Below are positions 16,737 to 26,718 of a stretch of DNA of 64,000 nt, piece after piece (the stretch's first letter is position 1; the number at the start of each line of letters is the position of its first letter). This stretch comes from a virus (Duplodnaviria > Caudoviricetes). Where the stretch lies: positions 17,976 to 81,975 of the IMG/VR virus record IMGVR_UViG_3300020050_006168, one strand, 5' to 3'. The translations under genes were made by a program, and so were the position numbers. Below the pieces are notes generated by a model that saw nothing but the letters and a program-made list of their open reading frames with translations, ran no database searches and had not been told where the DNA came from.

Positions 16737-17222
16737 ATGAAGTTAGTTATTGAAAACATTAAACAGTTTGGTGAACACAATAAAAATATTGTGAACAAAC
16801 TTAAAGAATATATTGAACTAAGATTTAAGAATACTAATATTGTTTGCACTGAAATCATTGGTATGAATGTAGATCTTGAAGGACAAGAAGATACTCAACG
16901 CATACTGGTCGTTAAGGGTTTTGATAAAGAGAATAAGTTTCTTAAATCATCTAAGACTAATATGATTAAACTTAAAGAAGGAGACAGTCGTATTGCTAAG
17001 TTTGGTAAGGCAACATTAGATAGTCACCGACTAACAGAGAAACAGTATAACGAATTACTTAGAATATTTAATGAACACTTAGATAGCATTGGTATTGAAT
17101 GTGATATATATTTACAAGAGTTCCAAGATGATCCTATGTCTATGACATACATCAGAAAAGATAATCAAGTTGTAATTAAAGAATGGTTGAAGCCAAAATC
17201 ATTTACTGAGGAGAACGTATGA
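16737..17222 (+). CDS. hypothetical protein
   Basis: gggag RBS. Confidence 0.65.
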   Translation: MKLVIENIKQFGEHNKNIVNKLKEYIELRFKNTNIVCTEIIGMNVDLEGQEDTQRILVVKGFDKENKFLKSSKTNMIKLKEGDSRIAKFGKATLDSHRLTEKQYNELLRIFNEHLDSIGIECDIYLQEFQDDPMSMTYIRKDNQVVIKEWLKPKSFTEENV

Positions 17223-18496
17223 TTAATATTAAGCACGAGATTGCTAGTAAAAATAAAGACGATAGCTTCTCAATCCATAGAAACATTGAGATCTTTAGTA
17301 AGCTTAATAAGATTAAAGCTTTAAGGAATAGAGATCGTATTGCTATTGAACATATGAAAGATGACATCAAGGGAATGCGAGATGAATTAAAATACAATCT
17401 GTATTCAATTAATCTATTAACATTTAAATCAAAGAACTTTATCTTTGAGTATCTGTTAGATGCAGATAGCTTAGATAGATTTAGACCACGCAAAGTAGAT
17501 GAGAAGCCAATTGATTATTTAAAAGCTAGGTATAAAGAATTGATTCAGGCTAAGTCTGAACATCTTAAACAGATTAAAGAATACAGAGCTAAGACAAAAC
17601 GATTAGACGAACAGAAGAAACAAACGCTCGGCTTTAATTATAGCATGACTGGTGGTGTGTTTAATAAACCAGGACAAGTCATTGCGCTACAGTCCGTAGA
17701 GAATCAGCTTAGTCGTATTGGCAAAGCCAAGGCTCCTAACAAAGAAAGCAAGAACAAGTATGTGGGTATTGAACTTGAGTTAGTTGCTAAGGTTAATCGT
17801 AATAAACTCAATGAGTTATTATGTAAAGCTTTCCTAGCTGGTTATGTTTATGTTAAACATGATGGTTCAATTACTATTGAGAATGATGGTGAGTATCCAC
17901 ATGAGATTACTGTTCTATGTAAAGAACAAGATGTTTCTAGTGTAGTCAATAGGTTGTGTGCTGTTCTTAATAGCAAAGAAGTCGGGGCTTATGTAAACAA
18001 TAGTTGTGGTCTTCATGTTCACATTGATTGTCGCAATAGAAAACCTAATGATGTTTACAATAATGTAACAAGATGTTTACCCCTTCTTAAAAAGATGGTA
18101 CCGCAGAATCGAATCAACTCGCAACATGCCACTAGATATTGTAAGATGAATCAAACTTCTTCATGGGATGATGCACAGAACAATGATAGATATATGGCAG
18201 TCAATGTTCAATCGTATAGAAATCTTAAGACGATTGAGATTCGTATGCACAGTGGTACAACTAACGCAGCTAAGATAATTAACTGGTGCAGCATCCTATG
18301 CGGCGCAGCTAATCATCCTACATTATTAGACAAAGATATCTCAACTGCTTATGAGTATACAGATGTCATTGGATGTAATGGTAAGTTGACTGGGTATATG
18401 TTGAAACGAATTGATTTGTTCACAGGTAAATTGTCTACGGCAATTGACACAAGAACAGATCATTTCTTTTATGACAATGTTGAAACAGCAGTATAA
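17219..18496 (+). CDS. putative amidoligase (Amidoligase_2 family) with N-terminal coiled coil
   Basis: YVGIELEL; KHDGSI; HEIT; NNSCGLHVHID; RYMAVN; TIEIRMHSGT. Confidence 0.88.
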   Translation: MINIKHEIASKNKDDSFSIHRNIEIFSKLNKIKALRNRDRIAIEHMKDDIKGMRDELKYNLYSINLLTFKSKNFIFEYLLDADSLDRFRPRKVDEKPIDYLKARYKELIQAKSEHLKQIKEYRAKTKRLDEQKKQTLGFNYSMTGGVFNKPGQVIALQSVENQLSRIGKAKAPNKESKNKYVGIELELVAKVNRNKLNELLCKAFLAGYVYVKHDGSITIENDGEYPHEITVLCKEQDVSSVVNRLCAVLNSKEVGAYVNNSCGLHVHIDCRNRKPNDVYNNVTRCLPLLKKMVPQNRINSQHATRYCKMNQTSSWDDAQNNDRYMAVNVQSYRNLKTIEIRMHSGTTNAAKIINWCSILCGAANHPTLLDKDISTAYEYTDVIGCNGKLTGYMLKRIDLFTGKLSTAIDTRTDHFFYDNVETAV

Positions 18497-18510
18497 GAAA
18501 GGCATAACCG

Positions 18511-19617
18511 ATGTGTAAAGTATTAATGATTCCGGCTATCAAAGAAGATAAGAGAAAAGAAACTGAAGACTTCATCTATGTTATGTCACAGATCATGACC
18601 AAGAATAACAATGATGGTCTTGGTTATGCAGCAATTGATGATGAAGGTAAGTTGTTTGGCGAGCGTTGGTTTGTAAACAACATGGCATTCAGAGACCCTA
18701 ATGAATTTAAACGTACAGAGTTTCAAGCTCATCAGGATAGAGCTAGAAGTATTGTAGACAAATGGGGAGACGCTCTAAAGAAGATGCGCTTCGGTGCTTA
18801 TGAACCGTTTGTGTTCACTGGTAATAAGGAAGATGTATACAATAACTTTGGAGAAGATCCTAAGTTAAGTAGAGCGCGAGCTATTACTTTGCATACACGC
18901 TATGCTACTTGTGAAAAGAACCTGACCAATGTTCATCCCTTTGTTGATCAAGACACCAGCGTTATTCATAACGGTGTGATTAGTAATCATAAAGAGTTTG
19001 ATCTTAAGTTATCCACTTGTGATAGCGAGAGTATCCTTATCTCGTATCTTGATAACAATGTAAACAATGATCCGACTGGTGCATTTCATAATGAGAACGG
19101 TGTGAAAGAAATGGCCAATGCTTTAGATGGTTACTATGCAACGGGTATCTTTAGTAGAGATGTTGACGGCAATCGTATCCTTGATGTAGTCCAATGGAAC
19201 AATCGTAACCTCAGTGTGTGTTACATCTATGATCTTGAGACTTATGTTATTGCTACTTCAGATCATGATATCAAGGAAGCTTGTAAAGAACTTGGCTACC
19301 TACACGATGGCACCATTGATTTGAATGAAGGGTTCTTAACTAGAATCAATCCTTTCAATGGCGAAGTAATGTTGCAGGTTAAGTTTGAAAAAGAAGTTAA
19401 GAAAGTAGAACATAAAACATACCCTGAATACAAACCATGGGAGCAATACTTTAAACAGAACGAAGAGAAAACTAAAGTGTTACCACATAGACATCACCAA
19501 AAAGTATCTAACATAGATCAAGCCACAATGAATATGCTTAGACTTAAGCCAACAATTAAAGAATTAAATGAGAGAGCAGTAGAAGAATTTAAAATGGCAT
19601 CAGGATATTGGGAGTAA
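18511..19617 (+). CDS. class II (Ntn) glutamine amidotransferase
   Basis: N-terminal MC; NNDGLGYA; LHTRYAT; NVHPF; IHNGVISN; CDSE. Confidence 0.9.
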   Translation: MCKVLMIPAIKEDKRKETEDFIYVMSQIMTKNNNDGLGYAAIDDEGKLFGERWFVNNMAFRDPNEFKRTEFQAHQDRARSIVDKWGDALKKMRFGAYEPFVFTGNKEDVYNNFGEDPKLSRARAITLHTRYATCEKNLTNVHPFVDQDTSVIHNGVISNHKEFDLKLSTCDSESILISYLDNNVNNDPTGAFHNENGVKEMANALDGYYATGIFSRDVDGNRILDVVQWNNRNLSVCYIYDLETYVIATSDHDIKEACKELGYLHDGTIDLNEGFLTRINPFNGEVMLQVKFEKEVKKVEHKTYPEYKPWEQYFKQNEEKTKVLPHRHHQKVSNIDQATMNMLRLKPTIKELNERAVEEFKMASGYWE

Positions 19618-19620
19618 ACA

Positions 19621-20415
19621 ATGCACAAACTATTCATAGCTCCATACATCATGGGGTCTGAGTCAGCAAGGGATCTAGCAAGGTCCCTTTCTTGTTTCAG
19701 GATTGACGGTAGTAAGAAAGTATATGATGCTCATATTATTAATTGGGGCAGGAGTGACCTGCATATTAATGGTAGTAGAAATAGAATCATTAACTCACCA
19801 CAAGCGGTGGGACTTGCTGCTAATAAGATTGAAACATTCAAGACACTGACTAGAGATGGTGTGCCTTGTGTTGACTGGACACTTGATAAAGAACAAGCAA
19901 GACAGTGGTTAGATGATGGACACATTGTCTATGCTCGCACTAACGTAAATGGTTCTAGTGGTGATGGCATTGTTATTGTAGGTCAAGATGATTTACATTT
20001 CCCATCAGCTAGGTTATATACAAAAGGATTTAATAAGACACATGAGTATAGAGTTCACGTTGCCTTTGGTAGTGTGATTGACTATAGTAAGAAGCGTAAG
20101 CGTAATGACATTGCAGTTAACCCATACATTAAGAACTTTGATAGTGGTTGGGTGTTCTGTCGTGATGGTGTGGCCTTACCTGAATCAGTATCAGATACTT
20201 GTATTGCGGCAATTGATTCCCTCGGTCTTGACTTCGGTGCGCTTGATGTGTTGTATAAAGAACGAGACAACCAAGTTAAAGTGTTGGAAGTAAACACAGC
20301 ACCAGGTATTGAAGGCACCACACTTACTAAGTACACAGAAGCATTTAAGATTCATTGCCCACTAACTATTAACAGGAGACAATATGGACAAGATAGATTT
20401 AGTTTACGCAGATAA
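19621..20415 (+). CDS. ATP-grasp ligase (phiEco32/RimK-like)
   Basis: IINWG; NKIETF; HEYRVHV; DFGALDV; LEVNTAPG. Confidence 0.9.
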   Translation: MHKLFIAPYIMGSESARDLARSLSCFRIDGSKKVYDAHIINWGRSDLHINGSRNRIINSPQAVGLAANKIETFKTLTRDGVPCVDWTLDKEQARQWLDDGHIVYARTNVNGSSGDGIVIVGQDDLHFPSARLYTKGFNKTHEYRVHVAFGSVIDYSKKRKRNDIAVNPYIKNFDSGWVFCRDGVALPESVSDTCIAAIDSLGLDFGALDVLYKERDNQVKVLEVNTAPGIEGTTLTKYTEAFKIHCPLTINRRQYGQDRFSLRR

Positions 20416-21097
20416 AGTTCCTATGTCTACTGACAATCATATAGGAATTGAGATTGAGTTTGTATCTAAGATGGACCCTGATACAATCTCCGACATGATT
20501 GTTGATCATGATTTGTATATGAACTGTACATTAAAAGAAGATGGTAGCATTGATGAGTACTTACCTTCATGCGGTTATAGTCCATGCGACTGCGGCGATC
20601 CTGAATGTACAGAGGTGATAAGCGATACTGATTGTGTCGGACATGAGCTAACTGTTTTGTGTACAGAAAAAGATCTAAGCTTTATTTTAAATAAAGTAAA
20701 TAACTTACTTATCGATTGTGGTGCTGAGGTAAACAAGTCATGCGGACTTCATGTTCACATTGATTGCCGGTCCAGATCCTATAAGCAAGTCGTATCTAAC
20801 TTCTTATCTAAACAAAAAGAAATGAGAAAGATGGTACCTGATGAAAGAAAAGTTAGCGGCTACTGCAAACCATTAACAAAGAAAGATCTGAAGATTAAAG
20901 ATCAGACCTTGCTGTCTAGGTATAAAGATATTAATATCAGATCATATCCTAAACTTAAAACAATTGAGATTAGATTACATGAAGCAACGGTAAACACTAA
21001 AGACATTATGTCATGGTGTAAATATCTTATTGGTGTAGCTGATAAGAAGAGAGTGAGTAAACAATATGTCAACACCCGAATTAAAAAATGTTCTTAA
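20384..21097 (+). CDS. second putative amidoligase with Cys-rich insertion
   Basis: HIGIEIEF; KEDGSI; GHELT; NKSCGLHVHID; RYKDIN; TIEIRLHEAT. Confidence 0.85.
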   Translation: MDKIDLVYADKVPMSTDNHIGIEIEFVSKMDPDTISDMIVDHDLYMNCTLKEDGSIDEYLPSCGYSPCDCGDPECTEVISDTDCVGHELTVLCTEKDLSFILNKVNNLLIDCGAEVNKSCGLHVHIDCRSRSYKQVVSNFLSKQKEMRKMVPDERKVSGYCKPLTKKDLKIKDQTLLSRYKDINIRSYPKLKTIEIRLHEATVNTKDIMSWCKYLIGVADKKRVSKQYVNTRIKKCS

Positions 21098-21287
21098 TTA
21101 CATTAGAGAGAAAGGCAGTTGCACTGAGACAGAGATATGGAATCAGTTTGTTAAGTCAGACGCAATTGAAGAACGAACAAGAGTAATGAAACAATTAATA
21201 ACACTAGAACAAAAAGGATTAATCAATTATGGAACAGATCAAAAAGGCTTTTCTTTTATTAACTATCACAACATTTCTTATCAGTAG
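21066..21287 (+). CDS. small winged-helix-like protein
   Basis: VLNYIREKG..TEI...LITLEQKGLI. Confidence 0.5.
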   Translation: MSTPELKNVLNYIREKGSCTETEIWNQFVKSDAIEERTRVMKQLITLEQKGLINYGTDQKGFSFINYHNISYQ

Positions 21288-21705
21288 TGGATGTGCTAGA
21301 CACACAGATGCAACAACTTCACAAGAGGAAGCCGACACAATGGCAAGCCTTGCTGCTAGAGTGATGACATTAGAATCACAGATCGGTACACCAACTAGCG
21401 GACTTCAAGCTATGATTAATAGTAATACTGTACAGCTATTAGAATTACAGAGCAATCATAACGTAACAAGTTTGATTGATCCCTGCGGTGATGGACCAGG
21501 TTATGATGAGATCTTCCTTAGAACATCTACTGGTAAAATCATTGCTAGCTTTAGTGATAGCAGCTCGGGAACAAACACTAGGTTCGCTGAGTTAACTGCT
21601 GGCGGTCCTTATCAAACAACAGATGGTACTCATTGTACATTCAGTGTTGTTATGGGTAGTGGTGGACTAGAAGTTGTATCAACACCAGCAACCGTGGAGT
21701 ACTAA
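21229..21705 (+). CDS. lipoprotein with coiled coil and IDPCGD..DE..TTDG..C domain
   Basis: lipobox SSGC; C-terminal domain resembles those I recall on collagen-like phage lipoproteins. Confidence 0.65.
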   Translation: MEQIKKAFLLLTITTFLISSGCARHTDATTSQEEADTMASLAARVMTLESQIGTPTSGLQAMINSNTVQLLELQSNHNVTSLIDPCGDGPGYDEIFLRTSTGKIIASFSDSSSGTNTRFAELTAGGPYQTTDGTHCTFSVVMGSGGLEVVSTPATVEY

Positions 21706-21920
21706 TGATCTTAGTTAAAGACATTGAGAAACTACAAGAACAATTAATTAAAGCAGAAGAACTTATCAATCGTATTGGTATGTTAAGTATGGGAGAGCTA
21801 GCATACACAGCAGAATTCACAGAGAAAGTTAACATGATGGTAAGAAAGTATTTAAAAACAGAGCAGACCTTTGAACAGTTTGCTCCTAGACTTAAAGGAA
21901 AATCAAATGAAACTAAATAA
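21705..21920 (+). CDS. hypothetical protein
   Basis: TAATG coupling. Confidence 0.55.
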   Translation: MILVKDIEKLQEQLIKAEELINRIGMLSMGELAYTAEFTEKVNMMVRKYLKTEQTFEQFAPRLKGKSNETK

Positions 21921-22107
21921 GAAAACATTAATTCTAAGTATGATTGATAAAAATTTAACCTCGCGTAAACTTGCAGAGCTAGCAGGCATTCCAGAATCGT
22001 CTGTGTCTAGAATCTTAAGACAGAAACACAGAGTCAATCCTTTAACAATTAAAAAATTAGCAACAGCTCTTAACGTAACCAGCGAACAACTTATTGAGGA
22101 ATACTAG
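21907..22107 (+). CDS. XRE/Cro-type helix-turn-helix regulator
   Basis: LTSRKLAELAGIPESSVSRIL...TIKKLATALNV. Confidence 0.88.
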   Translation: MKLNKKTLILSMIDKNLTSRKLAELAGIPESSVSRILRQKHRVNPLTIKKLATALNVTSEQLIEEY

Positions 22108-22248
22108 TATGTTAACAAAAATTTTTATCGGTGCAATTCTTGGTTGGGTTGCATATAGTATTAGTAATGACTGGGTATATTCATTGGCTTGTTGGTGGGG
22201 CTACGTTGTAGTATCATCAACACTAGATCATATGTATGTTGGTGCCAA

Positions 22249-22971
22249 ATGATTAGATGGATTATAGGTGCAGGACTTATTGTCTTTGCTGTTATAAAGG
22301 CAGATGCTCAAGAACTTAGAGTATTAATGCTTGACTCAGGTGTACCAGAAAAGCTAGCAACCTATTCAACTATTACAGGATCAGAGCTGTCTCCTTATGT
22401 GTTTGCTAAACATAAACATTCAAGCGCTGTCTATCAAATGATTATCTCAGGAGAAGGGCAGACCCCATCCTGTTTAAACATGAGAGTAGACTGGTGTTCA
22501 TGGTATACTAAATCTTTAGCTGACGGTAATAGATATATAAACTGTTTGAGCAAAGCTGTTGATGGTAACTACGATATTGTTAATCTATCATTGGTTGCTA
22601 ACTATATGGACAGAAGAGAACGAGATCTTATAAGTAAGCTAAGAGAACGTAGCATTGTTGTAGCTGCTGCTGGCAATGAAGGATGTAGAGCTGGCTTATA
22701 TAAATGCAACGCTTATCCTGCCGCCTATAGCAGAGGCCCAGCCGATAGTGTTATTGCTGTAGCTGCTACTGATATAACAGGTAAGGTGTTTGACTTCTCC
22801 AATAGAGATGATACCGGATTAACTGTTGACTTCTTAGGAGAAGGATATTATTATATGAACGGTGGATACAGTCACATGGTTGGTACTAGCATGGCTGCGG
22901 CAATGTATAGTAACAAACTAATTAAAGAAATGTGTCCTTCTAGAAAAGGAGCATGGGTTGGGAAAGAATAA
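22249..22971 (+). CDS. secreted subtilisin-like serine protease (S8)
   Basis: signal peptide MIRWIIGAGLIVFAVIKADA; LDSG (Asp); HKHSS (His); AAAGNEG oxyanion Asn; GTSMAA (Ser). Confidence 0.85.
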   Translation: MIRWIIGAGLIVFAVIKADAQELRVLMLDSGVPEKLATYSTITGSELSPYVFAKHKHSSAVYQMIISGEGQTPSCLNMRVDWCSWYTKSLADGNRYINCLSKAVDGNYDIVNLSLVANYMDRRERDLISKLRERSIVVAAAGNEGCRAGLYKCNAYPAAYSRGPADSVIAVAATDITGKVFDFSNRDDTGLTVDFLGEGYYYMNGGYSHMVGTSMAAAMYSNKLIKEMCPSRKGAWVGKE

Positions 22972-23263
22972 AGATTTCTATAAGATGATGGATAGATCAG
23001 AAGCTGCTATTGCTAAAAGGCTTGCTGCTAATGGTAAGATAGGAAAGAAAGGTTTACCTCCAGACATTGAACTATTAGAGGATCGAATCATTCAACTAGA
23101 AAAAAGAGAGGAAGATTTACTAAATGAAATTAAACAACTTACTGAAGTTCTATATGAAGAAAAACGTAACAGTAAATACGCCACTGGTTTCAAACCATGG
23201 CCAACAGTTGATTTCGAAAGCTCTTCAGGAATATCAACTCAACCAAGTATTCGGGTTAGATGA
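22958..23263 (+). CDS. coiled-coil hypothetical protein
   Basis: aaggag RBS. Confidence 0.6.
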   Translation: MGKNKDFYKMMDRSEAAIAKRLAANGKIGKKGLPPDIELLEDRIIQLEKREEDLLNEIKQLTEVLYEEKRNSKYATGFKPWPTVDFESSSGISTQPSIRVR

Positions 23264-23471
23264 TTGTGAAGACTATGATTCATTGTGCTACTATATTGCA
23301 ATGCTAGAAGAAGAATATCTTAAGGGGATTAAGTGACATCAATTATTATATACACATTATTTTTAGTGGGTAGTGTTTGGCTAACGTGTGCCTGTATCTA
23401 TTATGTGTGGCAACGATTAGTATTTAAGCTAGACCACAATACATCCTACGATAGAATGATTGGGGTGTTTG

Positions 23472-23765
23472 ATGAATAGTGAAGAGCTAGCTAAAGTATT
23501 ATTAGAAAACAAACCCGAGCTTGTGTACATGATCAATCCGTATGTACATAAGTTTATCTATACTTATCCAGATAAAGATAATCTATTTAAAGAATCTGTT
23601 TACATCAAAGATCTTAAAGATTTTGTTAAGAAGCAATTGCTGGATAAGACTATTAAGATTATCAATTACACAGCTTCATACGAAGAACTATCAATCTTGT
23701 TTGAAGATAATAATATTGATAATATAATTAGGAAACAATATATGAGAGAGTTCTTATATAACTAG
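23472..23765 (+). CDS. hypothetical protein
   Basis: start MNSEE. Confidence 0.55.
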   Translation: MNSEELAKVLLENKPELVYMINPYVHKFIYTYPDKDNLFKESVYIKDLKDFVKKQLLDKTIKIINYTASYEELSILFEDNNIDNIIRKQYMREFLYN

Positions 23766-23978
23766 GAGAGACATGGCATATTTTATTTTAATTTGGATTG
23801 GTTATTTATTATACAGTTTATTTAATAGGAAGTAATATGATTAGATTTTTTTTAGGATTATGTTGTTTGACTATGCTCAACTTAACACTGAGTTTATTAT
23901 TCAATGGTCATTACCTAGTATTGATCTGGTCATTCCTTTCCGGTTATTTCTATATTAGATTTTACAATAGGTTCTTAC

Positions 23979-24497
23979 ATGAATAAACAATTACTAGATG
24001 AGTCCATTAGTTACTACTATGATTACTTAGTACGGAAGCTGGCCACTAAACAGTCAAAGGATGAGTGCCGTGAAGCATTGGCTGGTGCGTATGTATCAAT
24101 GCTTGGTAAAGATTTACAAGTAACAAATAAACAACACTGTTGTTCATTACTGTTTAAAGAATCTATGTTTATTCTTTATAGACGTAAGGATAGACAGATG
24201 TATTTTGAAGATATGGATGCAGTAGAGTGGGCTACTAATAGCACCGCTGAGAGTAGCGCCATAATTAAATCACAATTAAATTACATTAAAAAGAACGCAA
24301 GTAAAAACTTGTTAATTTATGCTGAGCTAGGTAAGTATACTACGGCAGCCAAAGTCCTTGGTGTTAATCCAATAACATTACGCCAACAACTCTATGTTGA
24401 GATGGCAGCTCTAAGAGATTCACTACCCTTTAAATTTATACATGATCCATCCAATAACTTCAGCTATTATAAGCAAGAAGATATTGACAAAGTATAA
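23979..24497 (+). CDS. ECF-like RNA polymerase sigma factor
   Basis: region 2-like DECREALAGAYVSML; region 4 HTH YTTAAKVLGVNPITLRQQLY...LR; 172 aa. Confidence 0.6.
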   Translation: MNKQLLDESISYYYDYLVRKLATKQSKDECREALAGAYVSMLGKDLQVTNKQHCCSLLFKESMFILYRRKDRQMYFEDMDAVEWATNSTAESSAIIKSQLNYIKKNASKNLLIYAELGKYTTAAKVLGVNPITLRQQLYVEMAALRDSLPFKFIHDPSNNFSYYKQEDIDKV

Positions 24498-24512
24498 CTG
24501 ATGTGGTACATT
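24484..24512 (+). promoter_or_regulatory. sigma70 promoter for RNR
   Basis: TTGACA-17 nt-TACATT. Confidence 0.7.
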
Positions 24513-24539
24513 AACCTTGGAAATTAACCAGGGAGAAGA

Positions 24540-26393
24540 ATGAATAAAAGCAATCAATTGTTATCAGAGATTGTAGCATTTAGAACTTATGCTAAACACC
24601 TACCGCATCTAGGTAGAAGAGAATCATTATCTGAAACTATTAATCGTAATATGTGTATGCACCTTGACAGGTTCCCTAAGTTGTCAAGAGATATCATTAA
24701 AGCATATCAACAAGTACATGATCTTAAAGTGATGCCAAGCATGAGAGCTATGCAATTTAGCGGAGATGCTATCTTAAAGAATCACGCAAGACAATACAAC
24801 TGTTCCTATACGCCAGTCAATGACATAAGAGTATTTGGTGAAATACTATTTCTTTTATTGTCAGGTGTCGGTGTTGGGTTCTCCGTTCAGAAACAACACA
24901 CTAATCATTTACCAAAGATTACACAACCAAAAGAAGCTGGGTTCTTTGTAGCCCAAGATAGTATTATGGGATGGGCACAATGCGTTGATCTATTGTTTGA
25001 TGCGTATATGCTTGGTCGAGTTAAGCCCCGATTTGATTTTGGGGATATCAGACCGAAAGGAAGTTACCTTGTTACAACAGGAGCAAAAGCCCCAGGACCA
25101 GAACCCCTTAAGAAAATGTTGGAGCTGGTTGAATCTAAACTTAAAGTTGCTATTGGCCGTAGGCTTTTACCTATTGAAGTCCATGACATTATCTGTATTA
25201 TCTCTGACTCAGTATTGGCTGGAGGTATTAGGAGAGCGGCTCTTATTTCTTTATTCGATAGAGACGACAAAGCAATGCTTACCTGTAAGTCAGGAGAGTG
25301 GTGGAACACAGCACCATGGAGAGCAAGAGCAAATAACAGCGCAATCCTGCCAAGATCAGAAGTAACTAAGGAAGAATTTGATTACATCTTTTCTATGTGT
25401 AAAGATAGTGGAGCTGGTGAGCCTGGGTTTAGCTGGACATCAAACACTGACTGGGGCTACAATCCTTGTCACGAGATCGCCCTTAATCCTAATCAGTTCT
25501 GTAACCTTACTACAATTAATCAAACGGGTATAACATCCGAAAAGGATTTCTTTAACAGAGTCTATGCTGCTACTTTAATTGGAACACTGCAAGCATCATA
25601 TACAGACTTTGATTATCTTCGTCCTATATGGAAAGAGACAACAGAGAGAGAGGCATTGCTTGGTGTTAGTTTTACAGGTATCGCTGATTCTAGTACTAGC
25701 GTGGATGCAGATCTACTCAATAAAGGTGCTGCTCTCTGCTTGGAAGTTAATGAGAAGTATGCCAAGCGATTGGGAATCAATGTTGCCGCTCGTACAACTA
25801 CGATCAAGCCTGAAGGATCAAGTAGCTGCGTCCTTGGTTCTTCTAGTGGTATACATGCTCGTCATGCTGAGTATTATATTCGCCGTGTTAGGATGAATAA
25901 GGATGACGCTCTTGCTGTATATTTAAAGAACGCTATCCCTGATTTAGTTGAGGATGATGTGTTCTCATCTAGTGGTGTAGTTGTTTCTATTCCACAAGAG
26001 AGTCCATTTGGTGCTCACACTAGACACACTGAAACAGCAGAGAGTTTATTTAAAAGATCAATGCTATATAATAAGAACTGGGTTGCACCAGGATATAGAG
26101 ATGGTGACAATCAACACAATGTATCTGCAACTATTAGTGTTAAAGATAATGAATGGGATTCATTACGTGAACTAATGTGGAAGAACAGAAAAGACTACGC
26201 TGGTATTTCATTACTACCATTTGATGGTGGTAATTATAAGCAAGCACCGTTTGAAGATTGCACTAAAGAAACTTATGAGGAAATGACTAAGCTTGTTAAA
26301 GAGATTGATCTGAAACAAGTTAGAGAATCTGATGATAAGACTGAACGAGTAGAACAAATTGCCTGCGGGCCAGGCGGATGTGAGATAACATGA
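24540..26393 (+). CDS. nrdJ: class II (adenosylcobalamin-dependent) ribonucleotide reductase, monomeric RTPR type
   Basis: MPSMRAMQF; NCSY; GVGFS; RRAALISL; NPCHEI; FCNLT; TIKPEG; C-terminal CGPGGC; no beta-subunit gene nearby. Confidence 0.92.
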   Translation: MNKSNQLLSEIVAFRTYAKHLPHLGRRESLSETINRNMCMHLDRFPKLSRDIIKAYQQVHDLKVMPSMRAMQFSGDAILKNHARQYNCSYTPVNDIRVFGEILFLLLSGVGVGFSVQKQHTNHLPKITQPKEAGFFVAQDSIMGWAQCVDLLFDAYMLGRVKPRFDFGDIRPKGSYLVTTGAKAPGPEPLKKMLELVESKLKVAIGRRLLPIEVHDIICIISDSVLAGGIRRAALISLFDRDDKAMLTCKSGEWWNTAPWRARANNSAILPRSEVTKEEFDYIFSMCKDSGAGEPGFSWTSNTDWGYNPCHEIALNPNQFCNLTTINQTGITSEKDFFNRVYAATLIGTLQASYTDFDYLRPIWKETTEREALLGVSFTGIADSSTSVDADLLNKGAALCLEVNEKYAKRLGINVAARTTTIKPEGSSSCVLGSSSGIHARHAEYYIRRVRMNKDDALAVYLKNAIPDLVEDDVFSSSGVVVSIPQESPFGAHTRHTETAESLFKRSMLYNKNWVAPGYRDGDNQHNVSATISVKDNEWDSLRELMWKNRKDYAGISLLPFDGGNYKQAPFEDCTKETYEEMTKLVKEIDLKQVRESDDKTERVEQIACGPGGCEIT

Positions 26394-26674
26394 AGGTAAA
26401 AGATTTTATTACACTATTACAGACACTGCCTCAGGATGATGAGCTATTATTTGAGGGGCACTACGACGAAATCCTAGGAGATCAGTATCACGGCGACATG
26501 CCGTCTATAAGTTATCAAAATGTGTACGTTAGTAAATCTAAGACAGGTGACCTTTCGTATCAAAGTGATATTTCTAACTACAGAACTGGTGATGTAAAAC
26601 AAATGCTCGTTTTAAGCTACACAAATGATGAACCATGCTTGTATCTAGTCAAACATACTGAAGATGAAGTGTAA
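26390..26674 (+). CDS. hypothetical protein
   Basis: coupled ORF. Confidence 0.6.
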   Translation: MKVKDFITLLQTLPQDDELLFEGHYDEILGDQYHGDMPSISYQNVYVSKSKTGDLSYQSDISNYRTGDVKQMLVLSYTNDEPCLYLVKHTEDEV

Positions 26675-26718
26675 TATATGCGATCCGGCAAGAGATTCGC
26701 TTTCCAGCAGGAGCTTTC

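Noticed and set aside
21907-22107. XRE regulator as evidence of lysogeny
   Set aside because: No integrase, divergent cI/cro pair or partition genes in the window
9093-23986. Pup-like small modifier for the COOH-NH2 ligases
   Set aside because: No small ORF ending in GGE or GGQ was found
24498-24539. Cobalamin riboswitch ahead of the B12-dependent RNR
   Set aside because: Leader is about 25 nt with no B12-box
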